A stretch of DNA of 64,000 nucleotides from positions 131,936,001 through 132,000,000 of the forward strand of contig CM075977.1 in NCBI GenBank assembly GCA_038087875.1, in the 5' to 3' direction. A model generated the notes under the pieces. It was not told the origin of the DNA. It was given only the letters and a program-made list of their open reading frames with translations, and ran no database searches. This DNA comes from Malacoraja senta (Eukaryota). This document shows positions 11,641 to 25,500 of the stretch, piece after piece. The translations under genes were made by a program, and so were the position numbers. How positions within the stretch are numbered: position 1 is the first letter of the stretch; the number at the start of each line of letters is the position of its first letter.

Positions 11641-13079
11641 TCCCTTTTAACCCGCCCCCCCCCCCTTTACATAGAAAAACCCTCTGTCTTTAACTAGGGA
11701 ACCAACAACAGTTTAGTATTATGAATTATGAAATATTGATTTGAGGACATTTGATAAATAGATTTGTTGTTTAAAAAAAAGATTTTTAAAGAATTGGTAA
11801 AGTTGTTCAGCTGTGAACTATTTTTAAAGTATGCAGTAAAAACACGTAGTTTTACTCTCACTTTTTTCTGGCATCATTATCAGTTGTGTCAGCTATACTT
11901 TTTTTTCCTCCATCCCAAACAGACATTCTCTTTCTTCTTTTCACCAATTCCCCTCTGTAACTTGAGACACTTTTTGTCTTACTTTTCCACTTATGATAGT
12001 CATCGACTTGAAATGTTAACTCCTCACACATGCTGCCTGACTTCTTGACCTGTATCTCCAGCTTTTTTTTTTTTTTTCTACTAAATAGTACATTTCTTTA
12101 AAACATGCAAAGGCTCACAATCTGGAATGTTAAAAATGTCAGTTTAGTATTTGTGCCATTTTCCTTTTCATTAGTTGGTACAGTGCATATCAAAGGAACA
12201 ACCAATTTAAATTCCATGTCAACAAAGTAAACTATGCACATATGTGAGACTTTGCATTTGTAACTTTGTTTTTCATGAATAGTAAATATCATGAACAATT
12301 AAATACTGTGTGAATTATAGGGACGTAGCAGGTATACAGGCCCTTCAGCCTACCATATCTGTGTTGGCCATCAAGTACCTGTCTTATACCGTTCCTGTTT
12401 TCCAACATTCAGCCCAGGTTTTCTCTGCAATAGGTATTTGAAATGCCTATCTAAATATTGTGAAAGCACATGCCTCCTCACCACCTCAGACAGTGCATTC
12501 CAGATTTTAACCGCCATTAATGTGAAAAATATGGATAGGAAGACCTCGTACCTTGTGCCAATGCAACAAATTCCTACAGTGTTATCTACATTTATCTTTT
12601 TTACATCTTCAAAGCAGCTGTAAAAATGGCCTGTTGGAACAGCATCAATTCTATCACTGCTGTTACATTTTAAGGAATGCTGTATATGTGTGTTGGATTA
12701 CTCTTTCATTTCTACTTCATTTGGTTGTTTTTGCATTCCCATGTTGGCTATATTCAAAAGCAAATACATTTTTAGAATCATCAAAAGAGCTAAGCAGCCA
12801 CAACAGTTTCCAGATGTGTCTCTTTCTCTCTTTCCTGTCCCACCCATTCCTTCATTAACCCGTGACACCGAAAAAAAAAATCAACAGTTCTTAGTACATC
12901 TATGCTGTACCATTGAATGATAGAAATTGATAGCATAGAAGGTGACCGTTCAGCCAATCGTATCCAGGCCACTCAATAAAAAGAGCTGGGTAGGCCACCC
13001 TCACTTTCTAGTTCCTGGTACAAAGCAGTTTGATTGCTCATCGTTGCACTTTTGAAATGAGACATGCATTTCCACCGTT

Positions 13080-13460
13080 GTCCAATCCAATCCAATCCAA
13101 CTTTATTTGTTAAGCACTTTAAAACAACCAATGTTGACCAAAGTGCTGTACAGAAGACTAAACAAGACATCATAAACAGACAACATAACAGAACATAACA
13201 TAACAGCTCACATGAGACGCAAAAATTACATATGAAATACAACAATAAATTAAAAGACATAAAACATGAGTAAAAATAATAGCCACGCAATAAAAGCAAT
13301 CAAAAAAGAAATTAAATCAAGTAAATAAAGTCAACATCTTACTGGGTATCAAAGGCCACGGAGAAGAGATGGGTTTTAAGAAGTGATTTAAAAACAGACA
13401 GAGAAGAGGCCTGTTTAATGTGGAGAGGCAGATCGTTCCATAATTTGGGTGCCCCAGCCT
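13080..13460 (-). mobile_element. L2 LINE 3' end
   Basis: APKLWNDLPLHIKQASSLSVFKSLLKTHLFSVAF; (GGATT)n tail. Confidence 0.85.
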
Positions 13461-14592
13461 GTAACAGGCTTTGCAAACCCCAGCCTGTAACAGACTTCCA
13501 ATCACAAAAACATCTGTCCACCCACTAATTATTTTGCCTGAATTAATTTTGGATCCAGCTTTCCACTTTGTCATGTATCTCATGGGCTTTTACTTTTCTA
13601 AATCAATGTGCTTTATGGTATTTTGCCACATATTTTGTAATATATTGTAGACTTGCTACTTATGTATGAATGCATCTTAGCCAAAGTGCAGCTTGTATTT
13701 AATGCAAAAGTCAGAAATTGTTACATGCAGGAATTGGCGAGAAAGATTCCATTCTAAGATTCTGATCTGGGGCTTACTGTCTGTAACGGTGCTGGAAACA
13801 CTGTCAATTGCGGCTTTCAAGAGTGAATGAGACTGGCAATTGAGCTAAGATGTTTTGCCAAGCTACAGGTAATGGGACTGAATAGCCTCAGCATGGACTC
13901 AATTAACCAAATGGTTTTCATCTGTAACTTACTAAACCAAGAATCTTATGTACAGCATTCAATACAGTACCCCTCATTAAACCCGGAGGTTACCTCTTCA
14001 GAAAATTCAATCAGGTGCGTCAGATGTGATTGTTCAATTGTGTATCCTTGTATTTCTTATGTTTGTGTAGAATATTCTTAATTATCTTTTGACTATTATG
14101 ATTTGCACTGTCACTTGGAATTATTTCTGATCAGTCTTTTTTTAAAACTCTTTTTAAATAAGGATGCCATTTTAATATTCTTTTTATCCTCCAACTTAAT
14201 TTCTGGACCCAAAGAGAATGACGGTCAAAATCTTCACACATATTAGCAATCTTGTCCTTCTATAAGCATTCTTCAGGTCAAGATGTTGGAAAATGATGGA
14301 ACCACCCCTGCTTCTTTGTAACCAGGCCCAGTGATTTTTTAATTGCTAAAAGATGCTGGATCACTCTTTATTCCCTATCATGTACAAAATTACATGCACT
14401 TTGTTTTCACATCAGTTGCTTTGCCTGTATAGTTGATTCTTTAATCATGGTCGTGCAAAAATTCAGTTGGAACCATAGCCACGTTTCATGCCCTCACTAT
14501 AAGATTACGATTTTATTATCTGATAGCCTTATCGTATTCTTACCCGGACTTCCTGTATGAATCTGCGTCGCCAGGCTTGAATGCCTGAGACC

Positions 14593-14900
14593 TGCAGGAA
14601 AAATGGTCCCGATGTTGGGGGAAGTCCAGAACCAGGGGTCACAGTTTAAGAATAAGGGGTAGGCCATTTAGGATTGAGATGAGGAAAAACATTTTCATCC
14701 AAAGAGTTGTGAATCTGTGGAATTATCTGCCACAGAAGACAGTGAAGGCCAACTCATTGGATGTTTTGAAGAGAGAGTTAGATTAGCTCTTGGGGCTAAC
14801 TGATTCAAGGGATATGGGGGAAAAAGAAGGAATGGGGTACTGATTTTGGATGATCAGCCATGATCATATTGAATGGCTTGAAGGGCTAAATGGAAGCACC
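14593..14900 (+). mobile_element. CR1/HER1 LINE 3' fragment
   Basis: Same 3' sequence as 4530-4850. Confidence 0.85.
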
Positions 14901-15949
14901 TATATTTGTAAGCACTTCACTCAAAATACAGAAATTAATTCCAATATAGTGACAGCTACTAACCTCTTTTAACATATAGCAAACTAATATGAACAGTCGT
15001 TTTTTCAACGATTCATTACATTAGATTTACGTTGGCTCTATCAGTCATTTGATTTTGCACATCCAAATAATGTAACTGGGTAAATCTTTATACTTTGTTG
15101 AATGGAAGGCATTGGTGAATACTATAAAGTGATTCATAAGAACAGCATGGTCCATCGTTTTTCTTTGTTTTCTCTTTGAAATTTGGTGTTTACGATGGCA
15201 AGAGAGAAAGGACATCCAGTGGTGAGAAAAGAACATAGAGTTTCAAAAATATGATAATATTTACTAATAAAAGGCAGATTACCCTTTATATATATTTTAA
15301 AAACAGTTAATTATTCTTGTCCTTTTGGCATTCTGAGCAGTGGTTCTGAGACCTATTTTTGTCACTAAGTTATTTTGCAGAGGATAGCCACATGACTCAA
15401 ATGAAAATGATTCACAGCTATTGGTATCCAAAAATCAGGAATGCTGGCAGTGGAAGTAAAACCAAGCCTACAAATGGGAGAAATATTGGAGATAAATTTG
15501 GTCTGGAACATTTGGAGCACCACAGGAGAGGAACAAAACTGACTACAATGTTGAGACAAAGTTACCAGGGAATTATGGAAACTTTAAGAAGAATTAAGCA
15601 ACAGCTATTGATCTAGATAGTTTATTTTGTAATCTCCAATAATTGTTCAATATTGTCAACTACAGTCTATTTACTCATGGTTAATATTTTAAAATATGTG
15701 ATAGTGGGGGAAATGGCATGTTGATTATACATTTAAATATTAATTATTGCGGTATAAACAGACTGATTTGAGACATTGCAAATAGGCTAGATTGGGAGAA
15801 TTTTGAACCAAAGGTTGTCTATGAGTATGTATGGGATTATAGGCCATTTCTAAAAATGGGCAGAGAAATGGAAGCTGGAGTTTAATCCGAGCAAGTGTGA
15901 GTTGTACATTGGGAGGGAAATAAGGTGGAATTATATACCTAATGTAAAG

Positions 15950-17170
15950 GGTGTTTTATTGTAATTTTCCGAAACAGAACAATGAAATTCTTACTTGCAG
16001 CAGCACTGAGCCTGGACATTACAGTTTTCAGGCTCTTGTACCTTCTTCCCGATGGCAGGACTGAATAAGAGTGTGGCAAAGGTGGCATGGGTCTCTGCTG
16101 TCTGCTTTTTTGAAGCAGCAACTTTTATAAATCCTTTCGATGGAGGGGAGGTCAGTACGCATGACCTCCCCTTCTTCGTTCATGGGCATTCAAGTTGCCG
16201 AACTAGGCTGTGATGCAATCAGTCAATATACTCTCTACTGTACACCTGTGGGTTTCAAAAGATTATTTGTTGACATACCGAATCTCCTCAATCTTCTAAG
16301 GAAGGAGTGGCATTGATGGGCTTTCTTCATGATTGCATCAATGTGCTGGGCCTAGGGACAGATCTTCAGAAACATGGACGCCCGGGAATTGATATTTTTG
16401 ACTCGAGGGCCAGTCCCACTTGGGCGACCTAATTGGCGAGTTTAGAAGAGTTTGAAAAAATGACATGTTGAAGACCTCTTTCGACTATGTAGAAGATCTC
16501 CTTCGACCTCCTTCGACTATGTTGAAGACCAGCTTCGACTAGCTACGACTAACTTCGGGAAAATCGGACACCGAATAGTGGAGAGTGAAGACGACCTCCT
16601 TCAATCTCCTTCGACCTGCCTTCGACTATGATGAAGACTATCTACGACTACCTTAGACTACCCTCGATTACCTACTACTAAAATGCCGACCTACTACGAC
16701 ATACTACGACCTACTACGAGTAAAAAAGGTATCGATTTTTTCCATTGTGAACTCTTTTTACTCGCGGGCATTTTTTTAACATATTGAAAAAAAACGCCGC
16801 GACCTAGCTGAGGCCTCGAGTACGCGGAGACCACTCTCGAGCATGAAGGAGAGTTACGAAGACCTACGACCTCGTGGCGACCATGGTGCGAGTATGAGTC
16901 GAGGGCAAACTCGCCAGAACTCGCGGATTAGGTCGCCCAAGTGGGACAGGCCCTTCACTCCACCACTGCCCCATCGATGAAGACAGGTTTGTGGATCCTT
17001 GTCCTTCTTCCAAAGTCAACAATCAGTTCCTTAGCTTTACTGAGACCAAGGTTGTTGTTCTGACACCATTCGGTCAGTCAATCGATCTCCCTCCTGTACT
17101 CTGACTTGCCTTCATCTGTAATTCGTCCAACAACGGTGTAGTCGGCAAATTTGGATTTAGAGTTGGAACT
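15950..17170 (-). mobile_element. Rex1/Babar-type LINE remnant interrupted by a MITE
   Basis: LPSGRRYKSL motif; KFADYTVVG-like RT motif near 17130-17150; Rex-type tail. Confidence 0.65.
16406..16954. mobile_element. PIF/Harbinger-type MITE with internal (CTACGAC/CTTCGAC)-type repeats
   Basis: TIR agggccagtcccacttgggcgacctaat / attaggtcgcccaagtgggacaggccct; TSD degenerate (tcg/tca). Confidence 0.8.
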
Positions 17171-20100
17171 TTAAAGGAGATGTGCGGAGAGTGTTTTTAT
17201 GCAGTGGTGGGTGCCTGGAACGTGCTGCTTGAGTTAGTAGTGGAGGCAGATATGATAGGGTCATTTTGAAGGCTCTTGGATAGGCACCTGTATGTGTTGG
17301 GTATTGAGGGATATGATCATGTGCAGGCAGAGGAGATTAGTTTAACTTGACATCGTGTTTGCAATAGATATTGTGGGCTAAAGGGCCTCTTTCTGTGCTG
17401 TGCTGTTCTTTGACCCGTGTTACAGCAGTGATGAGAGAATGTGAGATGCTGCTTGAAATTGAGGTCAACTTGCACCTTCTGCCTTTGGTCTTGTGATTGT
17501 GGGGATTGTGGTTTTGGGAAACACGGCAAAAGAAACAAATCATTATAGTGGTTGGATTTTCTAGATGATAATGTTACTACAGTGTGCCAATAGTAGTGAA
17601 GGGAATTGATATTTATGCAATGGAAATGTGTTGATCAAGTGAGTTTCTTTTTCTTGGGTGTTATCTGAGTATTGTTTTGTGTGCACGCGACAAGCAAATG
17701 GAGAATATTCCATCACACTTCTGGCATTTATCTTGTAGCTGGTGGACAAGTTTAGAAAATAACAGGAGTTCCTCACCATACATTAACAGTAGCTGTTAGT
17801 TTCTGGTGATCTTCCAATAGTGGAGGATTTAGTGATGAAAATGTAATTGTCATGGAGATGCTCATCAATTGGTGTTGGTCATTGCTTGACACTTTGGTAA
17901 CATAATGTTACTTGCCCATTTTCAGCTTGCGTTTGGACATCATCCGTGTATTGCTGCATGTAGATGTGGACTGCTTCATCGTCTGAAAAGTATCCAAATG
18001 CAGAAATCATCAGCCAACAGCTTCTCTCTAACCCTGCATTGTGTGAAAAATAATGAATGATTTGAATTAAAGTTGTTTGCCCATGGACACAGCATTAAGT
18101 AAGTCGGTGTTGATGTGCCAACTAAGATGATTTCTCCACCTCATAAATGCAACTACTTTTCTTTGTGCCAAGTGCAATTCTGGCTACAAGGGGTCTTCTG
18201 TCTGCTTGTAGACTTCATTTTCATTAGACTGCCCTGCTCCATCCTTGGTTTAATGTGGCCTTGTAAGAAAAGATATTTCTATGTCACATTTAGATTCAAA
18301 CTCTAGGCCAGATCTGGCAGATCTAACATATCATGTTAGTAAGCAGGCAGCTCGTGTTTGATTGCTTTGCTCATGACTTCTATCATTATTTAGCCAATTA
18401 TTGTGAATTAGCTGGTGAGATGATAATTGCCCTTGCTGGATTTGGCCAACATTTCTGGACGTGTCATACTCTGAGCTGTTTTTTTCTATTGCTCGGTGAT
18501 TAACAATGCTGGCGCTTGACTAGATGCGAAGCTGGTTCAGAGACAAATCTTTCTATAGGTGGATATAGGATTAGTAATCTTTAGTGGTCAGCCTTTTATT
18601 TATGTTTCTTTGAGTGAAATTGGTTGCTAATACTTTAGCTTTACCTTTTTTTATTTGGTTCAATGGTTTCTTTATTATCAAGGTTACTAAAATACAGTTA
18701 AATACTTTTTTTGCAAACAGATCAGCAAGACAATCCCCGTACATAAGCACAAAGTACAGTTAGTACATAATATACAGAACAGCTCATTGAGTTTCATATG
18801 CAAGAGGCACCATTTTGTTTCTGGTTGGTTCTGTTACCTTTATAGTTGTGGATCCTCTATCACTTTCCTCTGTCCATTAGTTGCATTGATACCATTTTTC
18901 GTCACAATACTGTTAGTCTATCATCTGAATCATTGATAATTGAATCACTTAGTTCTGCCTATGATTTTGATCATTTACTGGGCATGAAGTCCTGTGTTAC
19001 AGTTTTTAGCATGCCTATTGCTGGTGTAGGCATGTACAATGAATCAGAGTTGATCAATAGGGTTAACCTGCTGCAACCTGAAGGCCAATTATGCACTAAA
19101 GCAGTGAATGATCCCAGTGTTATTTATACTCAACCTCCAAACAACACTGAGCTCAAGGCTACTTTTAATGCATTCATTAAAGTAAAGCTTTCCCTGAAGT
19201 TAGGTATCAGGTGGTGAAGGTAAGCTACTTTCAGAAATCTAGAAATGACTATTTGATTTTGAATTTATTTTATAAATAATTACCTCAAACAGACTTCTAC
19301 AGAAAAAAACTACCATTACAAATTCAATGAAATTAAAAATAATTTGCTCATTGTAAAGCCTTGGCTTTAAGCGACTTAACTGCTGATGTGCTAATTGAAG
19401 AACTGATATAACATCAGCAAAATATTGTGTCCTTAATTGTGGAAATGTTTTGCAAGTGAATCTTTCGGAAGTGTTCTAGCACAAGCAAGGTAGAATCGTC
19501 AGTGTATTAAAGTCATTGGCCCTTGTAGCACAGAGTAAAGCTTGTACTCTTGGCCAGACGGTAAAGCAAGCAAATTTCAAATGAAGTTCTAAGGCACAGG
19601 AAACGCACCACCCCCACTTCAAAGCATCTTTCGGCTCCTCCATTAAAGCACATTCTGTCCTCCACAATCCCCACTGTGATTTTTTCTCTCGTTTCTTCTC
19701 AACCCCTACCGCACCTATTCCTCTAATTCACCCTTTATTTATTCCTTGCTCTTTCTATCTGCCTTCCATCTCAGTTCAGTTTCAGTTTAGTTTATTGTCA
19801 CGTATACTGAGGTACAGTGAAAAGCTTTTGTTGCATGCTAACCAGTCAGCAGAAAGACAAAACATGATTACAATCAATGCATTTACAGTGTATAGATGCA
19901 TGATAAGGGAATAACGTTTTGTGCAAGGTCAAGCCAGCAAATTCCGATCAAGGATAGTCCGAGGGTCATCAAAGAGGTAGATAGTAGTTCAGCACTGATC
20001 ATAGTTGAAGTATTGCTGTGGGAATAGATAATTAAGAGTGTGCAGCAATTTTAATATGTGTTTATAAATCTGCTTCTGTGGCTAGCATGCAAATAGTCTC

Positions 20101-20769
20101 CTGTGTTGGCCGCCATCTTGGAAGCAAAGGGGGAGATCTTTCTCCCTGCTTTGCCATATCTCTGTTTCTTTGCTTCCCCTCATGTAATTAACGCTAAATA
20201 AAGATGTTATTGTTTGGAAATCATTGCGATATCAAGCAGAATTTTTTAACTTGAGTGTAGTTTTGCGCAAGTTCAATTATAAGAGGTGTAGTTTGAGTTA
20301 AGGGGCAGCTGAAGTATATTTACAGATTAAAAAAAATATCTGTAAATATAGACAATAGACAATATGTGCAGGCGTAGGCCATTCGGCCCTTCGAGCCAGC
20401 ACCGCCATTCAATGTGATCATGGCTGATCATCCCCAATCAGTATCAGGCAGCTGTGTAATTCTGTGACATTTTCACCAGCAAATATTTTGCAATCATATT
20501 TGGAATTATTATATGGAAATAAGCTTCTACCTCTCTAAAATAATATCTGGTTTTGCAGTTTGTTAAAACTTAGCTATCTCATGGGATTCCCTGTTTTTTT
20601 TATCGAGTAGGTTGAGCAATGCTGTTGAAATAGTTCAGAGGTTGATGGACTGAAGTAATAAATTACTAGACAATGAAAGTGTGTTTTGTTTAGAAACCTT
20701 TCCAAAGTAAATTTAATTTAAATCATTTGAGGTCTGTCCTTTTCTGTATCAGGTAGTAAATTATTTTAA

Positions 20770-21670
20770 TTTTAGTTTTGTTTAGAGGTACAACTTGAAA
20801 ACAGGCTCTTCGTCATACCGAGTCCACAGCAATTACCTGTACACTAGTTCTGTCCTACACACTAGGGGCAATTTACTGAAGCCAATTAACCTACAAACCT
20901 GCAGGCCTGGGGCGCCGTCGAGTATGGCTTCCCAGCCTGCAGCTGTCTGCCCTTTCACCCTTTTTAAAATTTTTAGTATGTTAAAAAGTTTCGTTTTGGA
21001 GGTCTAATCTTTTTTATGTGGGGGGGGGGGGAGAGGGAAACTGTTTTTCTCAGTCCCTACCTGGTCAGAGATGCGTCTTTTCTCCGAGCCGCAACTTCGC
21101 CCCCTTCTTCGCGGCCTACCAACAGGACTGGAGCGGCGTTTCCTGCCGGGACCGGCCAGACCTTCAGCTTCGGCGGCGGCACAGCCCTGAAGCACCATCG
21201 CAGAGCAGGCGATGCCTTACCCGGGTCGCCGTGTGGTAAGCTCCGTAGTGCTGAGACCACCGACTCCAACATCGCGGAGCTGTGGGGTCTGCGGAGCATC
21301 CAGCTGCAGCGGCGCTTTGAACACCGCAGAGCCTGGGATCTCTCGCCGAGATCGCCAGTGTCGGCCTGTGGACTTCGGGAGCCGCGGTCTCCGGGGAGGA
21401 AGCGGCCGTTCCAGACATTCCAAGCCGCTGAAGAGTGTTCTCCCGACGCAACTCAACTCAAATTTCACTGCACCAGAAATGGTGAATGTGACAATAAATG
21501 TCCTTTGTCCTTTGTCCTTGTTGTTGTCCTTTGGAATATAGGAGGAAACCGGAGCACCTGGAGAAAACCCATGCAGTCACAGGAAGAACGTACAAACTCC
21601 ACACAGATAACACCCGCAGTCGGGATCGAACCCAGGTCTTGACGCTGTGAGACAGCAGCTCTACTGCTGT
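20770..21670 (-). mobile_element. HE1-like V-SINE split by a GC-rich insertion
   Basis: SINE 3' half at 20770-20902 and 5' half at ~21528-21670 (ggaggaaaccggagcacctggagaaaaccc, gggatcgaaccc B-box complement). Confidence 0.8.
20903..21527 (+). mobile_element. GC-rich non-coding retroposon with a Rex1-like tail
   Basis: CpG-rich body; ends aatttcactgcacc...gtgacaataaa(TGTCCTT)n; interrupts a SINE. Confidence 0.6.
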
Positions 21671-21754
21671 GGAATCTAAGAGAAACCTGGAAGATGCTAA
21701 TGACTCAATTTTGAAGTATTTATTCTTTTTACATTTCTGAAATTGATTTGGTGA

Positions 21755-22567
21755 ACCTCTTCTACTAGGCGGCGCGACCGACGTTGCAGCGGCCTGTGCA
21801 GTCTTTTTTTAAAAAAATTGTCCCGTTGAGTGTATAGTTTGTAGTGGTTTTCTATTGTTTTTAACTGTGTATATGTGGGGGGTGGGGGAACTTTAAAATC
21901 TTCCCTGTACGGGGGACCCGAACTTTTCTCTGTCGGGTCTCCGTTGTCATTTGGGCCTAGCACCGTGGAGCGGCCTCCAACCGGAACGACCTCCAGTCGC
22001 GGAGCCTGCGGACTTACCATCATGGAGCTGGCCGGCTTCGGACCGTGGAGAGCTGTGGTGGCGCGTGGCTGTGACCCGACTCCGGAGCTTCGGAGGCTCC
22101 AGCCGCAGGCCCGGTGGGCGGTAACATCGGGAGCTCACGGGTCCCTGGTGGGAGACCGCTTTTCGGAGCAACGGCAACTTCTCCCGCCCGAATTGCGGGG
22201 TTGAAAACGGGGCCTTACATCGCCCGCAGCTTTAACGCCCGCGGGACGTGCCAGTGCCCGCCGGTGGCTCCAACATCAAGACCCATGCAGGGCCTTACAT
22301 CGCCCGGTGCAGCTTTAACGGCCGCAGGACATACCATCGCCCACCGGGGGCTTTGACATTGGGAGAAGAATGGAGAGCAGGGGAGAGACAAGACTTTGCC
22401 TTCCATCACAGTGAGGAGGAGATTCACTGTGAAGGATGTTTGTGTAAATTGTGTTGGTGTGTGTCTTGGTTCTTTTCTTGTTGTATGACTGCAGAAACCA
22501 AATTTCGTTTGAACTTCATTTGAGGTTCAAATGACAATAAATGGTATTGTATTGTATTGTATTGTAT
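21755..22567 (+). mobile_element. GC-rich non-coding retroposon with a stem-loop and (TATTG)n tail
   Basis: CpG-rich body; ends tttgaacttcatttgaggttcaaatgacaataaatgg(tattg)n; the same tail is present inverted at 24731-24810. Confidence 0.6.
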
Positions 22568-25500
22568 CATTCCAAGCCTGTACAGGATTAGTTGTTAGAA
22601 ACTTTTAGCAATGTTTTTGGACACTGTTTGGGAGGTGCAGATATTATATTGTTGTTTCAAATCTCCACGTAGAGCATATCAAAATAATTGAGTGATAGTT
22701 CCAAGAAAAGTATCTTCGCCCAGTCCAGTGAATATTTTAAGCTGCTTGAAAGGTTTCAATAAAGCAAATATCAGTAGTTTGTTTCTGCTACGGTAAAAAT
22801 GAAAGAAAATAACTTTAAAATAATCAGAAATCATCATATAAAGCAGGAGGATGTTTAGTCTGTATTGTTCTGTTTGTCCCTGCCCCCTTACCTCTATACT
22901 TCCACTGGAAGGCAGAAAGGGACGGTGTGGGTGAACAGACTGGGGGGTCACCTCCCGTGCTCTCAGGGGCACTGGATGTTGCAAACTTGACTGCGGGAGG
23001 CACCCCGGGATACAGGCTGAGCAGTGGCCGTGTGAGGTGAGGGATAGCACATTCGTGGGTCTACATATCCAGATCGGTGTGCTGGTGGAGTGGGCTGCTG
23101 GACGCCCTGCAGTTGCCAGGGGTTCGATTGGATCAGGTGTCGCTCCAAGAGCCAGAGCAGGTGGATCGGACACAGCCTGCAGCAGCACAGAGTGATGGAG
23201 CAATGGTGGAGTACATGGACAACAGAGTGATGGAGCAATGGTGGAGTACATGGACAACAATGCCTGGCCAGTTCCAACCCAGTGCCACTGCCCAGGGCTT
23301 TTATGGCCAAGATAAGATCCACATTTTTAACAATTTTGAACTTGAAGGATACAAGATGATGCCGGAAATGTTATTATATACTAACTCAGAGTAATCTTAC
23401 TTTCTTGTATTTGAGTATGATTGTGCCTAGGTATATAGTAAGATTTTTACTGAACTGTATGCACGAAAGGATATTTCACTGTGACAATTAAGTACCATTC
23501 CTCAAACAGTACAGCACTCTACTGCCTCTGCATTTGTGGTTGAACCCCAAATCGTCTGGCTCATAGATGAGAATGTTTCTTCTGAGCTAAGGTGACGGTC
23601 TAAAAAGATAATTTTGATCATAGCCCCTGCGATGGCTATCTAAAGTAGATCCATGTCCCATATGCTTTTCTTTGGTGGAATGTTGTGTTGTTTGCTTTAT
23701 CAGTAACTATACCAGATGAGAAGAAACAAATGGAAGTTGAAAGATGTAAAGCAGTGAAATGTGATCTGCGGAAGACTAAGAAACAAATCCGTATCACAGC
23801 CATAACATAACATGGAAAAGTGGACTAATCAGGAAGCAATGGAAAAACTCAGACCATGACCCAGTGAGAAGTGGAGTTTGGAATTATCAGCAGATGGAAA
23901 ATGATTCACGCTTGTTTTATTTTACCGTTGATTGCTTTCCATCTCCAGTCTGCATTTGTACAGTGCAGGTAAGATATAGGGGTAGCCAACTAAAATGTAG
24001 CAACTTTCTTCAGCGCTGCAGTTATTGGAAAATCACTGTACGGTGATATTTCTCAAATAGATTTGTTGCCTTTGCTCCCTGTTGGATGGCATGGAAATGT
24101 TTGTAAAAGGTGTTATCAAATAAAACTTGACAGGATTGCTATTCTTCCTTCCTTCCTTCTGGAGACTGGTAATGTGGTTTAGTTAAAATAAAAAGAACAC
24201 TTGAAATTTGAAATAAAAGCCAAAAGTGCTGGAACCATTCAGTAGACCAGACAGAATTTGTGGAAAGAGAGACAGTTAAAAGTTCAGGTTTAGGACCTGA
24301 TATTTGGTTTATGAATTGCAGTTATATTTGTGAAAGGAAAATTGTTAATTGAGATTTAATGATTATTTGTTGATTGGTACCATGTCCCAATGTTCTGGGT
24401 TTCGTACATAATGAAACAAGTGTGTTCATGGGTAGCTAGTAAGTTACAATCTTCGGTATACCATAGTGAAGTTATTCCTGGCATATTATGCGTCCTGATT
24501 TTATTTACACTCCCACTGGCAGTTGAGCCTTCAGTCATTGTGGAATTCCCCCCTAAATGATCCCTCTCCTCCTTTAAGATGCTCTTCAAATGTAACTTTT
24601 AACCAAGTTTTGTTCAACCTCTTTAATACAACATAGAAAAGTACAGCACAGGATCAGGCCCCTTCGGCCCACAATATCTGTGCCGAACATGGGGAAAAGA
24701 TAAACTAATCTCATCTGCCTACGCAGAACCTACAATGATACAATACAATGATACAATTTATTTGTTGTCATTTGAACCTCATTGAGGTTCAAACGAAATT
24801 TGGTTTCTTTGGTTTTCTTTGGAACCTCACAATAGCTCGGAAGAAATGTCAGCTGCCATTTCTCCGCCCATTTCTGAAGTTGTCTATACCCTGTTGTATA
24901 CTTTTTTGTTTTAACTTGCACTTTTAGCAAATTGCCATAGAGTTGCATTGATGGGAATTTGCCTGGTTTAATTGGGAAGTGATACATTACGTGACTTTAC
25001 TTGGTAAACATAGCTTGCGTTGGTGCCATTCTCCAAGAGTCTTTATTCCAATTGACAGTGAGGTGACATTCATTAAAATTCAAATGGGAAATAATGTTTT
25101 AAGATTTTTAACTATTTCAATAAGACAATAGTTGCTATTTTCTCATGGTATGCAAAGTGTTAAAAAAAACATGCATTCAATATTATACAAAGAATTCCAG
25201 GAAGAGTTGCAACCTATTTTCAAACTCCTCTTTTGACCCCCTAGCAATTCATTCAATACCAAAATTAACATGAGCCCACAGACATAATTGGCATATAACT
25301 GGTAATTACAAAAAGCTGTGACTGACAGAAGGTCAAAAAATAGCAAGTGAGAACTGTTGGTTGAGTTAAGTAGCGATTGTATACTATAGTATACATCTGA
25401 TCCTCCCAGCACCTGATCTTAATATGTTTGACATTAATGCAGAGCGACAAAGTTAAAAGAAGTTAAAAGAAACATTTACACTTCCCAGCAACAATTTCTG

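Noticed and set aside
16480-16720. Regular short repeats resembling an array
   Set aside because: Degenerate 7-mer internal repeats of a Harbinger-type MITE
21004-22523. Cluster of ORFs up to 208 aa, and a possible CpG-island promoter
   Set aside because: They lie in GC-rich repeats with retroposon tails, occur in all frames and show no domain similarity
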